Assembly: GCA_001780725.1 (NCBI GenBank)
Contig: MFIM01000001.1
Location: 83,642-147,641, forward strand
DNA: 64,000 nt
Source of the DNA: Candidatus Giovannonibacteria bacterium RIFCSPLOWO2_02_FULL_45_28
GTDB lineage: Bacteria > Patescibacteriota > Minisyncoccia > UBA11713 > 2-01-FULL-45-33
Reading direction: 5' to 3'
Below the pieces are notes generated by a model. The model was not told the origin of the DNA. It did not search any database and worked only from the letters and a program-made list of their open reading frames with translations. Of the stretch, positions 8,413-17,647 are shown one piece after another. The position numbers were made by a program, and so were the translations under genes. Every line of letters begins with the position of its first letter. The stretch's first letter is position 1.

Positions 8413-8808
8413 TTACCAAATCTCAAACAATATTTCACCTCCGACTTTTCCTTTTCTGGCCTCGCGGTCGGTCATAACTCCTTTTGGGGTAGAATAAACC
8501 GCGGCCTTAAATCCGTTTTTTGAGAAATAAATATCCCGCCAGCCGCGATAAGTACGGCGCGAGAGTTTGGAAACGCGCCGCACGCCGGAAATTTTCGGAT
8601 TGCCAGATTCATCATACAAAAACTTAACTTCAATGGATTGCCCGTTTTTTTTGCCTTTCAGAACTGCCGCGCCTAAGTATCCCGCTCGCCCCAAAGCCTT
8701 GGCGATTTCAAGCTTAATTCCGGAATAAGGAAAAGAAACGGCTTCCTTCTTGGACGCTTGAGCGTTCTTGATTCTTATTAACATGTCTGCAATTTGATCT
8801 GTTACCAT
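8413..8808 (-). CDS. rpsH: 30S ribosomal protein S8
   Basis: Canonical S8 N-terminus MVTDQIADMLIRIKNA. The ORF call extends 21 codons upstream into rpsZ and is rejected. Confidence 0.85.
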   Translation of the reverse strand: MVTDQIADMLIRIKNAQASKKEAVSFPYSGIKLEIAKALGRAGYLGAAVLKGKKNGQSIEVKFLYDESGNPKISGVRRVSKLSRRTYRGWRDIYFSKNGFKAAVYSTPKGVMTDREARKGKVGGEILFEIW

Positions 8809-8987
8809 GATGATTTTCTTATTCCAGGTATTAAGCCTTCGTTTGCCAATTCTCTGAAGCAAATGCGGCAAAGGTCAAAATCGCGCATATAGCCGCGTTT
8901 CCTGTGGCAACGAAAGCAACGCCTCACCACCCGGCTTTTGAATTTTGGCGGCTTTAGAGATCTTACGTATGTGGAAGTCTTAGCCAT
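8802..8987 (-). CDS. rpsZ: 30S ribosomal protein S14 type Z (zinc-binding)
   Basis: 61 aa with a CxxC...CxxC zinc ribbon (CFRCHRK...CRICFRE). Confidence 0.9.
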   Translation of the reverse strand: MAKTSTYVRSLKPPKFKSRVVRRCFRCHRKRGYMRDFDLCRICFRELANEGLIPGIRKSSW

Positions 8988-9525
8988 TTTTTTGCAGCGG
9001 AAAACCTAATAACCTTAATAGCTTCTCGGCTTCGCCGCGCTTTTTAGAATTCGTTACAACCGTAACCTCCAACCCAAAAATGTTGCGCACGTCTTCCCCT
9101 ATCATTTCAGGAAAGATGATATGCTCTTTTATGCCGATTGTCAAATTGCCTCCGTGATCAAGCGATTTTAAAGGAATCCCGCGAAAATCCCTTGTTCTGG
9201 GAATGGCGAAATTAATAAGCCTGTCAAGAAAATCATACATTTTTTGTCCGCGCAGAGTCACTTTATATCCAATGATCATCCCTTCTCGTGTCTTAAAAGA
9301 CGCAATCGCAATCCGCGCCGGCCGCGGCGAAGGTTTTTGGCCCGTAATCAAAGCGAGGTGTTTTTCAACTGTTTCTACGGCATCTTTCTTGTCGCGTATT
9401 TTTCCGGTGCCCACATTTACAACAACTTTCAAAATTCTCGGGACAGCCATCGGAGATTTTAATCCGAATTCCTTCATCATCTTCGGTACGGCTTCTTTTG
9501 TGTATTTTTCTTTAATTGATTGCAT
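8980..9525 (-). CDS. rplE: 50S ribosomal protein L5
   Basis: 181 aa. L5 family motifs. Position between L24 and S14. Confidence 0.9.
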   Translation of the reverse strand: MQSIKEKYTKEAVPKMMKEFGLKSPMAVPRILKVVVNVGTGKIRDKKDAVETVEKHLALITGQKPSPRPARIAIASFKTREGMIIGYKVTLRGQKMYDFLDRLINFAIPRTRDFRGIPLKSLDHGGNLTIGIKEHIIFPEMIGEDVRNIFGLEVTVVTNSKKRGEAEKLLRLLGFPLQKNG

Positions 9526-9530
9526 ATATT

Positions 9531-9836
9531 TTAAATCTCGTTTTTACATTTTTTGCAAATTCTGACTTTTGTTTCGCCTAAAATATGATACCCGGTGCGG
9601 ACGCCGCGATTGCAGTTTTTACAGAATAGCATCGCGTTGGAGACATGGATCGGCGAAGGCAACGTTACAACTTCGCCTTTTTGTCCCTGCCGGCGCGGAC
9701 GCCGGTGTTTCTTTCTTAAAGCAACTCCTTCCACCAAAATCTTTTCTTTTTTCGGAAAAACCTTAAGAACCTTGCCCTGCTTGCCGCGGTCTTTTCCGGA
9801 AATTATTTGAACAGTGTCTCCTTTTTTTATTTTCAT
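9531..9836 (-). CDS. rplX: 50S ribosomal protein L24 with C-terminal Cys4 zinc-ribbon extension
   Basis: 101 aa. KOW motif (KKGDTVQIISGKDRGKQGKV). Extra C-terminal segment CKNCNRG...CKKCKN. Confidence 0.85.
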   Translation of the reverse strand: MKIKKGDTVQIISGKDRGKQGKVLKVFPKKEKILVEGVALRKKHRRPRRQGQKGEVVTLPSPIHVSNAMLFCKNCNRGVRTGYHILGETKVRICKKCKNEI

Positions 9837-9840
9837 AAAT

Positions 9841-10206
9841 TCAAACTAGTTCCTCTGCCAACGACGCTATTTTTACAAATCCCTTTTCTTTAATTTCTCG
9901 CGGGATCGGACCGAAAATTCGTCCGCCCTTTGGTTCTTTTCCATCCAAAATTACAACGGCGTTATCGTCAAAACGGATATAAGAGCCGTCAGCGCGCCTC
10001 AAAACGTTTTTTTGACGCACAACAAGCGCCCTATGCACCTCTTTTCTCTTTACGATTTTTCTTGGCTCGGCGATTTTTACGGCGACCGTTACAACATCTC
10101 CAATGCCTGCATATCTGCGACGCGTTCCGCCTAACACCTTAATACACTGGACCAGTTTTGCCCCAGAATTGTCTGCCACATTTAACATTGTGCGGTGCTG
10201 GATCAT
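9841..10206 (-). CDS. rplN: 50S ribosomal protein L14
   Basis: 121 aa. [17 protein letters not shown] start is diagnostic. Confidence 0.95.
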   Translation of the reverse strand: MIQHRTMLNVADNSGAKLVQCIKVLGGTRRRYAGIGDVVTVAVKIAEPRKIVKRKEVHRALVVRQKNVLRRADGSYIRFDDNAVVILDGKEPKGGRIFGPIPREIKEKGFVKIASLAEELV

Positions 10207-10430
10207 AAAACTTTAATAATCTTCCATTTTTTATCTTTTGACATTGGGCGGGTTGATTGAATAATCACCGTTTTGCCTTCCGGAATATTTTCTTCGGCAT
10301 GCGCCTTAAATCTTTTTGAAACTTTGGTATATTTGCCGTAAATCGGATGTTTTTTAAGGCGCGAGACCTCCACAATCGCCGTTTTTTCCATTTTATTTGA
10401 AACCACTTTCCCTTTTAATTCTTGTGCCAT
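10203..10430 (-). CDS. rpsQ: 30S ribosomal protein S17
   Basis: 75 aa. S17 OB-fold sequence ([14 protein letters not shown]...HPIYGKY). Confidence 0.9.
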   Translation of the reverse strand: MAQELKGKVVSNKMEKTAIVEVSRLKKHPIYGKYTKVSKRFKAHAEENIPEGKTVIIQSTRPMSKDKKWKIIKVL

Positions 10431-10435
10431 ATTAG

Positions 10436-10633
10436 TTAAATGGTTGAATTGTTAAATTGTTTTAATAAAGTTAGAATGCGGGCAATTGTTTTTCTGGTCT
10501 CTTTGGATTCTTTAACATTTTTCGGACGCGACTGGCCGCTTTTCATTCGCAACTCCAAAATCTTTTGGCGTTCTGCTTGCAGCAACTCCATTAACTCGTT
10601 TTTGTCTTTAACTTTTAATTCGCTTGTTTTCAT
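10436..10633 (-). CDS. rpmC: 50S ribosomal protein L29
   Basis: 65 aa helical protein. ELRMKS motif. Position between L16 and S17. Confidence 0.85.
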   Translation of the reverse strand: MKTSELKVKDKNELMELLQAERQKILELRMKSGQSRPKNVKESKETRKTIARILTLLKQFNNSTI

Positions 10634-10635
10634 AG

Positions 10636-11046
10636 TTATCTGAATATAAATTTGGTTCTAACCGGCAATTTCGCGCCAGCCCGCCGCAAGGCATTCTCCG
10701 CAACCTCTTTTGGCACGCCGTCCATTTCAAAAATAATCCTCCCCGGCAAAACAGGAAAAACATATCCGGCGACATCCCCCTTTCCTCCGCCCATTGTAAC
10801 TTCCGGCGGTTTTTGGGTTATCGGCTTATCGGGAAAGATGCGTATCCAAATTTTACCTCCGCGCTCTACATAATGCGTCATCGCTTTTCTTGCGGCTTCC
10901 AGTTGTTTGGAGTTCACCCAGCATGCCTCTTCTGATCTAAGTCCGTAGGAGCCGAAAGCCAAAGTAACGCCGCGGGTTTCTTTAAGCTTCCTTTTGGTGG
11001 CCATTCTTTGCCATTTTCTAAATTTTACTCTTTTTGGTAAAAGCAT
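10636..11046 (-). CDS. rplP: 50S ribosomal protein L16
   Basis: 136 aa. [11 protein letters not shown]...[11 protein letters not shown]. Confidence 0.95.
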   Translation of the reverse strand: MLLPKRVKFRKWQRMATKRKLKETRGVTLAFGSYGLRSEEACWVNSKQLEAARKAMTHYVERGGKIWIRIFPDKPITQKPPEVTMGGGKGDVAGYVFPVLPGRIIFEMDGVPKEVAENALRRAGAKLPVRTKFIFR

Positions 11047-11055
11047 TGGTTTAAT

Positions 11056-11730
11056 TTACTTAATCGGCTTATTGTTTTGAAGCACCTCGCCCTTATAAAT
11101 CCAGATTTTAATACCCAAATCTCCGTAAGGCAAATGCGCGCGGCCTTTAGCGAAATCTATGTCTGCGCGCAGAGTTGAGAGCGGCATCTGCCCCTCTTTT
11201 AACCATTCGTATCTGGCCATTTCCGCGCCGTCCAACCTTCCGGACAGGGCGATTTTCGCTCCCAAGACGCCGCGAGACGCCATAATTTTACTAATGGTTT
11301 GCTTCAAAACCCTCCTAAATGACAAGCGCTTCTCCAAATCCTGCGCCATAGATTCCACCATGATCATGGCGTGCTGTTCCGGAGCTTTTATTTCTTCAAT
11401 AGTCAGTTTGAGGTTGGCTTTGCCGAACATCTTTGCCTTAAAAAACTTCTCTATGTCTTTTTTTAATTTTTCGGCTCCTTCGCCGCCACGCCCTATGAGC
11501 ATGCCCGGCCTTGCGGTTTTTACTATTACATTGAGAGTTGACGGAGATCTTTCAATTTCAATAGAATCAACAAGCATGCCGCGCAGTTTTTTTTCTAAAA
11601 ATTCGCGCAGCAACACATCCTCCTTAAGCGGCCTCTTGAAATCTCGCCGCACAAACCAGCGCGACTTCCATGGCCGCAAGATTACTAACCTCATTGAATA
11701 TGGATGCGATGTGTGCGACATAAAATTCAA
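11056..11730 (-). CDS. rpsC: 30S ribosomal protein S3
   Basis: 224 aa. KH domain and S3 C-terminal domain motifs. Start could be 11721 or 11730. Confidence 0.9.
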   Translation of the reverse strand: MNFMSHTSHPYSMRLVILRPWKSRWFVRRDFKRPLKEDVLLREFLEKKLRGMLVDSIEIERSPSTLNVIVKTARPGMLIGRGGEGAEKLKKDIEKFFKAKMFGKANLKLTIEEIKAPEQHAMIMVESMAQDLEKRLSFRRVLKQTISKIMASRGVLGAKIALSGRLDGAEMARYEWLKEGQMPLSTLRADIDFAKGRAHLPYGDLGIKIWIYKGEVLQNNKPIK

Positions 11731-11736
11731 AAATTT

Positions 11737-12075
11737 CTAATTTTTAACATTTAATATTATGGTAATATGGCTTTCGCGCTTTCTGATCGGTGAAGCAGAG
11801 CCTCTGGCGCGCGGCATGAAACGTTTTAAGGTCGGCCCATTATCAACTCTAATGTTTTTTACAAATAAATTTTCTTTCTCAACATTGAAATTGTGTTTGG
11901 CGTTTGCAACTGCCGACTTCAAAAGTTTTTGCAGCGGAATAGCGGGCTTGCGCGCAAGAAAACCCAAAACAGCTTCCGCTTCCGCAGCCGGCTTGCCCTT
12001 GATCAAGTTTGCCACCGTTCTTACTTTCCGCGGCGACATCCTCAAATATTTTAAATGCGCTTTTATCTCTATCAT
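11737..12075 (-). CDS. rplV: 50S ribosomal protein L22
   Basis: 112 aa. L22 family (RMSPRKVRTVANLIKG). Confidence 0.9.
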   Translation of the reverse strand: MIEIKAHLKYLRMSPRKVRTVANLIKGKPAAEAEAVLGFLARKPAIPLQKLLKSAVANAKHNFNVEKENLFVKNIRVDNGPTLKRFMPRARGSASPIRKRESHITIILNVKN

Positions 12076-12079
12076 TTTG

Positions 12080-12436
12080 TTATTTTTTGGCTGGCTGGTT
12101 GGCCGGCGCAGCTGCGGCTGTCGCAGAAGCCGCCTTGGCTTTTTCGGCCTCCTTGGCCTGTAATTCCAATTCTTTCTGCATTTTTCCTCCGTGCTTTACA
12201 AATTTCCGCGTAGGGCTGAATTCTCCCAGCCTGTGGCCGACCATTTCTTCTGAAACGCTAACCGGAATAAAATCCTTGCCGTTGTGCACGCCGAAAGTAA
12301 AACCGATCATCTCCGGGGTTATCTGCGAACGCCTAGACCAAGTTTTTATAATATCTTTCCCGTCGGCACGGAATTTGCTCAATTTTTTGAGTAATTTCGG
12401 ATCCGTATACGGGCCCTTTTTTAAACTTCTCGCCAT
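12080..12436 (-). CDS. rpsS: 30S ribosomal protein S19 with Ala/Lys-rich C-terminal tail
   Basis: 118 aa. S19 core ([10 protein letters not shown]...[11 protein letters not shown]) plus ~25-aa tail [31 protein letters not shown]. Confidence 0.9.
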   Translation of the reverse strand: MARSLKKGPYTDPKLLKKLSKFRADGKDIIKTWSRRSQITPEMIGFTFGVHNGKDFIPVSVSEEMVGHRLGEFSPTRKFVKHGGKMQKELELQAKEAEKAKAASATAAAAPANQPAKK

Positions 12437-12437
12437 T

Positions 12438-13274
12438 TTAGTTTTTGGTCCTCCGGCTAATAATAAATTTGGAAGAATATTTATTCGGATTTCTAGTTTT
12501 GACTCCGCGCGTCCCCTTCCCCCACTTATTTTTAGGACGGCGCGTGCCGCGGAGAGTTCTACCCTCTCCGCCTCCGTAAGGGTGATCTACCGGATTCATG
12601 GCCGAACCGCGCACCGTCGGGCGAATGCCCATAAGCCGCGACCTGCCCGCTTTCCCTATTACAACCAAGTTATTTTCTTCGTTTGAAACCTGGCCCACGG
12701 AGGCCCAAGCATCATCTTTTATTTTTCTAACTTCGCCGGACGGAAGTTTAATCGTTGCATAACCCTCATCTTTTGCTACAATCTCCGCAAAAGATCCAGC
12801 CGATCGCACCAATAGCGCATCGCCTTCCGAAGAAAGTGAGATGTTATAAATAAGCGTGCCGGGAAGCAGTTTGCTTAACGGCAAGCGATTGCCGGGAAGA
12901 ATCGGCGCTTTTTCGGAAACCAGAATCTCGCGGCCAGGGCGAACATCTTTAGGCAAAACCATATATCGTTTCTCGCCGTCTTTATAAATTACGAGCCCGA
13001 TAAACGCGGTGCGGTTTGGATCATACTCAACCGATGCCACGCGCGCAGGAATATCTTTTTTGTTAAATTTGAAATCTACCAGGCGCATGAGCCGCTTAGC
13101 CCCGCCTCCCTTGTGGCGAGTTGTAATTCTTCCGAGATTGTTTCTGCCGACATCGCGTTTCACTCCGAAAATCAAAGATTTTTCCGGATGCGGGCGTACG
13201 TGAGTCAAAAATTCCCGGTAGTTAATACCTGTCATTTGTCTCCTTCCCGGACTTCTTGGCGCAAAAGTTTTCAT
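12438..13274 (-). CDS. rplB: 50S ribosomal protein L2
   Basis: 278 aa. L2 signature [22 protein letters not shown] at the C-terminus. Confidence 0.95.
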   Translation of the reverse strand: MKTFAPRSPGRRQMTGINYREFLTHVRPHPEKSLIFGVKRDVGRNNLGRITTRHKGGGAKRLMRLVDFKFNKKDIPARVASVEYDPNRTAFIGLVIYKDGEKRYMVLPKDVRPGREILVSEKAPILPGNRLPLSKLLPGTLIYNISLSSEGDALLVRSAGSFAEIVAKDEGYATIKLPSGEVRKIKDDAWASVGQVSNEENNLVVIGKAGRSRLMGIRPTVRGSAMNPVDHPYGGGEGRTLRGTRRPKNKWGKGTRGVKTRNPNKYSSKFIISRRTKN

Positions 13275-13278
13275 AAAT

Positions 13279-13758
13279 TTAAAATTCCGAAATTGTTTGG
13301 CCTTCTTTTAATTTAATGACGGCTTTTTTAAATCCCGACTTAATCCCCAAATTCGCGCCGCGGCGCCGCTGTTTCTCTCTCGGAGCCACAATGTTCACGG
13401 CCTCAACACCGACTCCGTAGCGGTCTTCTATGGCTTTTTTTAGCGAATTTTTATTCGCGCCGCCGGTGACTTTAAAAACATATCTGCCTTCGCCCAACAT
13501 CGTCGCTTTTTCTGAAATGTGCGGAGCAATAAGCAATCTGCGCGCAAGCTCGCTTTGGGATTTTGTACCGCCTCGCGCGCCAACAGATTTGTTTTGTTCG
13601 GAAGCAGAAAAACCCACCCCCTCGCCCCCTCCCTTGGTAAGGGAGGGGGAAGATGGAGGGATACCCCTGCCCCTTTCGCGACCAGAACCAAGAGCTTTAC
13701 GCGTTCTGCTTTCTTTCCTCCTCCATCCTCCGAAAATTTGCGATAAATTAAACGGCAT
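13279..13758 (-). CDS. rplW: 50S ribosomal protein L23 (with ~65-aa Gly/Arg-rich N-terminal extension of uncertain translation)
   Basis: The L23 core begins around ...LIAPHISEKA. The upstream in-frame extension overlaps the rplD stop and contains a GC-rich palindrome (13626-13650). Confidence 0.8.
   Translation of the reverse strand: MPFNLSQIFGGWRRKESRTRKALGSGRERGRGIPPSSPSLTKGGGEGVGFSASEQNKSVGARGGTKSQSELARRLLIAPHISEKATMLGEGRYVFKVTGGANKNSLKKAIEDRYGVGVEAVNIVAPREKQRRRGANLGIKSGFKKAVIKLKEGQTISEF
13626..13650. repeat. GC-rich perfect palindrome CCCCCTCCCTT-GGT-AAGGGAGGGGG
   Basis: 11-bp arms with a 3-nt loop. Member of a CCCTCCC/GGGAGGG hairpin family that also clusters at 54965-55078. Confidence 0.7.
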
Positions 13759-14422
13759 AAGTTTTTTCTAATTCTTTAATGCTTGACTGGTCCAAAACCA
13801 AATATTTATTATTCAAAAGCTCCGCAATATTTAAATTTCTCGGTTCAATGTAATTTACAAAAGGCAAGTTATGAAGTGGTCTTTCTATCCCAGCTTTTTT
13901 TGGCCCGCCTGCCGGACGGGCAGGCAAAGCCGCCAAAACTCTGCCGCCTTTAATCCCGATGTTATAAATTTTTGCGCTGTGGCGCAAATTTTTAAAAACG
14001 CCGAAAGCCTCTTTTGTTTTTGAGCTAGAAAGCCGAAAATCATCCAAAACAACAACTTCCTTATCTTTTAATTTTCTGGAAAGCAGGGAAAGAAGCGCGC
14101 CTCGCCGCATTTTTTTATTTATTTTAACCTGATAATTTCTTTCGTTTCTAGGCCCGTGAGAAACTCCTCCGCCGACCCAGAGCGGCGAGCGTATTGAACC
14201 GTGCCGTGCCCTTCCGGTGCCTTTTTGCCGCCAGGGTTTTATTCCTCCGCCGCGCACTTCGCCTCTGGTCTTGGTGTGCGCCCATGGGCGGCGCTTGTTT
14301 GCCATTTCGCCTTCATATACTTGTTTTACCAATGCCGGTTTCCACGCAACTCCGAAAATCCGCTCCGGCAGTTCCGCAGTTCCGGCTTTTTCTCCTTTTA
14401 TGTTGTATATTTCTGCTTTCAT
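13748..14422 (-). CDS. rplD: 50S ribosomal protein L4
   Basis: 224 aa. L4 family (GGGVSHGPRNERNYQ; KKMRRGAL). Confidence 0.9.
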   Translation of the reverse strand: MKAEIYNIKGEKAGTAELPERIFGVAWKPALVKQVYEGEMANKRRPWAHTKTRGEVRGGGIKPWRQKGTGRARHGSIRSPLWVGGGVSHGPRNERNYQVKINKKMRRGALLSLLSRKLKDKEVVVLDDFRLSSSKTKEAFGVFKNLRHSAKIYNIGIKGGRVLAALPARPAGGPKKAGIERPLHNLPFVNYIEPRNLNIAELLNNKYLVLDQSSIKELEKTYAV

Positions 14423-14554
14423 AAAAATAAAAATGGGCGGGTAAAGTCCCGCCTCGCGAAATACACGAGCAAATCAGGCCATTAACCCTCTTTTTTGCCA
14501 AACCTATGCGTTATATTTAAGCCTCTCACAAGTGATTTAGATATTAGCATGGCC

Positions 14555-14580
14555 CAAAAACAGGCGCAAGACCTGTTTTT
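14555..14580. terminator. Bidirectional terminator-like hairpin (AAAAA-CAGGC-GCAAGAC-CTGTT-TTTTT)
   Basis: Short GC stem flanked by an A-run and a T-run. Immediately adjacent to the duplicated rplC 3' end. Confidence 0.4.
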
Positions 14581-14582
14581 TT

Positions 14583-14640
14583 ATCCTCTCACTTCCACCA
14601 AACTACCGCGGTGGCCGGGGATGGCGCCGGAGACGGCACC
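14583..14640. repeat. Duplicate of the rplC 3' end (direct repeat partner of 20095-20152)
   Basis: About 56 bp. Reverse-complement translation gives GAVSGAIPGHRGSLVEVRG*, identical to the L3 C-terminus. Only synonymous differences (CCC vs CCA, GGT vs GGC). Confidence 0.85.
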
Positions 14641-14788
14641 TTATATAGTCTTTTCTTGAGATAACTCAAATTTTTTGCAATTACAATTTTCATTTTAACA
14701 AAAATATGCGGGTGCGCGGAAAAGGGTAAGGTACTCTCTGTGAATAAAATACTTGTTGCTCTTTTTCTTTTTATTTGCTATCATTTGA

Positions 14789-15109
14789 ATGTATATGCAA
14801 ACGAAAGACATTCAAAAAATTAGAAAAGAATTGAATGATAGGAAAGCGATTCTCCGCTGCGCCAAGGAATTTAATATGGTGGGCGACCCGACGCGGCTCA
14901 AGATTTGCTATCTCTTGTGTCGGCATAAAGAGCTCGCGGTGGGCGAGATTTCAGAAATTATCGGCGTTTCTATTTCGGCTATTTCTCATACGCTCAAAAA
15001 GTTGCAAAAGGCTGGCATGGTTGAAAACCGCCGAGAATTCCGAACGGTCTATTACAAACTTAAACAAACGCCCCTTGCCGATATGCTCAAGGAGCGGCTT
15101 ACAACATAA
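14789..15109 (+). CDS. ArsR/SmtB-family metalloregulatory transcriptional repressor
   Basis: 106 aa. Winged HTH. CYLLC motif in the position of the ArsR metal-binding CVC site. Stop lies 4 nt before the MerA-like start. Confidence 0.75.
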   Translation: MYMQTKDIQKIRKELNDRKAILRCAKEFNMVGDPTRLKICYLLCRHKELAVGEISEIIGVSISAISHTLKKLQKAGMVENRREFRTVYYKLKQTPLADMLKERLTT

Positions 15110-15113
15110 CTTT

Positions 15114-16517
15114 ATGCAAAAATTTGACCTTATCATCATTGGTGGCGGTGCAGGGGCGTTTGCAGCGGCAATCCGCGCTAACGAGCTTAAAGCAAAAACT
15201 GCGCTCGTGAACGCTGGGCTTCCGCTCGGCGGCACTTGTGTCAATGTCGGGTGCGTCCCGTCAAAAACACTTCTCTATGCCGGTGAAATTTTGCACCACT
15301 CAAAACATCACGGCGTTGCCGGTGTTGAGCTTGAAGTGAAAAATTTTGATTTTCAGAAAGTCGTGCAAGACGAACTTTCTCTAGTGGAAAAATTACGCCA
15401 AGAAAAATACGAGAAAGTGCTAAAAAATTTAGAGTATGTAACGGCAATCGAGGGAAAAGCAAAATTTATTTCTCAAAATGAGGTGGAGGTGAACGGCGAA
15501 AAATTGAGTGCGGAAAAATTTATCATTGCCGCAGGCTCAACCGCCAGTGTACCGCCGATTGAGGGAATACGGGAAGCTGGTTTCATCACCCATATCGAAG
15601 CTCTTAAAATGCCAAAACAACCGAAAGAGTTGGTTGTCATCGGTGCGGGGCCTCTTGGTTTGGAATTTGCTCAAATGTTTGCGCGTTTTGGCACAAAAGT
15701 AACCATTTTACAGCGCGGCGATTCAATTTTTCCGCACTCTGAAAAGGCACTCACCGACCGCCTCGCCGAGATACTTGCAAAAGAAGGAATTACTATCAAA
15801 ACAAATGTTGAGGTAAAAAGCGCGCGCAAAGAGAGCGATAAAAGAATTGTTTCGTATCAAATCGGCGAGGCGCAAGAAGAAGTTTCCGCTGATGAAATAC
15901 TTTTGGCGGCAGGCAAAACGCCAAACACACAGGGACTTGGCCTTGATATCGCTGGCATTGAAATTGACAAGCGGCAAGCTGTTGCTGTCAATCAAAATTT
16001 TCAAACATCCAATAAGAACATCTTTGCGGTGGGCGATGTTACAAACGGTCCCTTGCGGCTTGAGCCGACCGCTGGACGCGAAGGCACGCTTGCCGCGGAA
16101 AACGCGCTCAAAGACACAACACTTTCCATTGATTACAACGCTGTACCTTACACCATTTTTACCGATCCCCAGCTTGCTGGTGTCGGCTTTACCGAAGACG
16201 AGCAAATGAAGCAGGTGGGCGTTTGCGCGTGCCGCACGGTTTCGTTTGAAAATGTGCCGAAAGCAATCATCATGCGCCGCACCGAAGGACTTATCAAAAT
16301 GGCGATTCATCCGCAAACAAAACAAATTTTGGGCGTTCACATTCTCGCACCAAACGCCGGGGAACTTATCGCCGAAGCGATGATGCTGGTCAAGAACGAA
16401 AACACGATTGACGATGTGGTGAACTCCTTGCCAATGTTCCCGACGCTATCCGAGGCGATAAAAATTGCCGCATTGTCATTTACCAAAGACATTTCTAAAT
16501 TAAGCTGTTGCGTATGA
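15114..16517 (+). CDS. merA: Mercuric reductase core (MerA-like class I pyridine nucleotide-disulfide oxidoreductase, no NmerA domain)
   Basis: 467 aa. FAD site GGGAGAFAAA. Redox-active GGTCVNVGCVPSK identical to the Tn501 MerA active site. C-terminal vicinal Cys pair ...KDISKLSCCV, as in MerA (KQLSCCAG). TPNT..GL and FTDPQ segments are shared with MerA. The 93-codon upstream extension of the ORF call (14835) is an overlapping-frame artefact. Confidence 0.8.
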   Translation: MQKFDLIIIGGGAGAFAAAIRANELKAKTALVNAGLPLGGTCVNVGCVPSKTLLYAGEILHHSKHHGVAGVELEVKNFDFQKVVQDELSLVEKLRQEKYEKVLKNLEYVTAIEGKAKFISQNEVEVNGEKLSAEKFIIAAGSTASVPPIEGIREAGFITHIEALKMPKQPKELVVIGAGPLGLEFAQMFARFGTKVTILQRGDSIFPHSEKALTDRLAEILAKEGITIKTNVEVKSARKESDKRIVSYQIGEAQEEVSADEILLAAGKTPNTQGLGLDIAGIEIDKRQAVAVNQNFQTSNKNIFAVGDVTNGPLRLEPTAGREGTLAAENALKDTTLSIDYNAVPYTIFTDPQLAGVGFTEDEQMKQVGVCACRTVSFENVPKAIIMRRTEGLIKMAIHPQTKQILGVHILAPNAGELIAEAMMLVKNENTIDDVVNSLPMFPTLSEAIKIAALSFTKDISKLSCCV

Positions 16518-17023
16518 ATAAACTTCAAGAAGTATATAGTGCAGTTAAGCAAGTGCTTGGAGAACAAATGTATGGTTTTATCGTTCTTTCGTTTGCGCTT
16601 TTATTTTTTGGATTGTTTGTTTTTATTCCTGTTGCCACGACTCCCGGCAATACGCTTGCGTTTCAACTATCAATTTTCCGCGTGCAAGATTACTTCTTGA
16701 TGGTATTTCTCGCTTTTTTGGTGGGGCTTAATTTTTCAATGAATATCTATGTTTGGAGAAAACGAAGACAATCGGTCAATATTTCTAAATCTGCGGCAAG
16801 CGGCACAGCGGCAGGATTCGGAGGAGCTTTTGCCGCAATTGTGGGAACCGCTACTTGCGCGTCGTGTCTTGCTTCTCTATTCGGTATTATGGGTTTGGGA
16901 ATCGGAAGTGTTGCGTTTGTTTTGAAGTATCAAACCCTCTTTCTTCTTGGCGCAATAGCCCTTGTGGTTATTTCCCTTTACTTTACCGCTAGAAAAATAA
17001 ACAGAGTATGCAATTCATGTTAA
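16508..17023 (+). CDS. Integral membrane protein with CxxC and C-terminal CxxC motifs (candidate metal transport component)
   Basis: 171 aa, ~4 TM helices. TATCASCL within a TM segment and a CNSC C-terminus. Start overlaps the MerA-like stop. Confidence 0.4.
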   Translation: MRMNKLQEVYSAVKQVLGEQMYGFIVLSFALLFFGLFVFIPVATTPGNTLAFQLSIFRVQDYFLMVFLAFLVGLNFSMNIYVWRKRRQSVNISKSAASGTAAGFGGAFAAIVGTATCASCLASLFGIMGLGIGSVAFVLKYQTLFLLGAIALVVISLYFTARKINRVCNSC

Positions 17024-17038
17024 AATGACATTAAATCT

Positions 17039-17632
17039 ATGGATAGAAATTTATTTCTTATCGCCGCTTTAATCATTGTAGCTGGAGGTGTCTATTTTTA
17101 TATCACCAACCAACTCGGCAAATCCCTGACAAACAATACTGCCTATAACGAAACTGGTACGGTTCAAACGGCATTAGCCGCTAAATTTGATTATTTATCT
17201 CAAAACGGAAACTCTTCTTGTTCCGCTTCGTTTAAGGAATCAATTCCGTCGTTACCCGCTGGAACGCGGCTTCAAGGTTCTTGTTGTTCGCCAATGGACT
17301 TTCATCGGTATACTGAACAGGTTGAAGGATTAAAAAAGTATTCGGACATTCCAGAAATTCCACCAGACCCGTATGATATTGAGGCAGGATTGGCTAAAAA
17401 ATTGTTGGGCTACTATGATGTGGAACTCACGCCCGAAAAACAGAAAGCATACGACTACGCTATGCTTAACTCAAACGAGAAAGGACCTTGCTGCTGCAAA
17501 TGCTGGCGTTGGTATGTCTACGGCGGATTAGGTAAATACCTTATTAAAAATCATGGCTTCACCGGCGAGCAAGTAACTGAGGTATGGAATCTCTCTGATG
17601 GTTGTGGCGGCGACAACGAGCATACTCATTAA
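17039..17632 (+). CDS. N-terminally membrane-anchored Cys-rich extracytoplasmic protein
   Basis: 197 aa. One N-terminal TM helix. Clusters SCS, GSCCSP, GPCCCKCWRW, DGCGGDNEHTH. Confidence 0.4.
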   Translation: MDRNLFLIAALIIVAGGVYFYITNQLGKSLTNNTAYNETGTVQTALAAKFDYLSQNGNSSCSASFKESIPSLPAGTRLQGSCCSPMDFHRYTEQVEGLKKYSDIPEIPPDPYDIEAGLAKKLLGYYDVELTPEKQKAYDYAMLNSNEKGPCCCKCWRWYVYGGLGKYLIKNHGFTGEQVTEVWNLSDGCGGDNEHTH

Positions 17633-17647
17633 AACTTAAGTAGAGTT

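Noticed and set aside
8809-8871. 21-codon upstream extension of the S8 ORF (MPHLLQRIGKRRLNTWNKKII)
   Set aside because: Overlaps rpsZ coding sequence. S8 has the conserved start MVTDQIADML at 8808.
11159-12686. Long plus-strand ORFs (193 aa, 134 aa, 225 aa) antisense to rpsC, rplV, rpsS and rplB
   Set aside because: Shadow ORFs on the opposite strand of highly conserved ribosomal protein genes. Low-complexity translations (Ser/Ala/Pro/Leu-rich) with no motifs.
14700-14788. Promoter for the ArsR-MerA operon (TTGTTG ... TATCAT)
   Set aside because: The candidate -35 and -10 hexamers are 20 nt apart, and no clear operator palindrome was found. Not confident enough to annotate.
14835-15113. 560-aa ORF call whose first 93 codons overlap the ArsR gene in another frame
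   Set aside because: The N-terminal 93 aa (MIGKRFSAAPRNLIWW...) have no oxidoreductase similarity. The flavoprotein begins with the canonical MQKFDLIIIGGGAGA at 15114, 4 nt after the ArsR stop.
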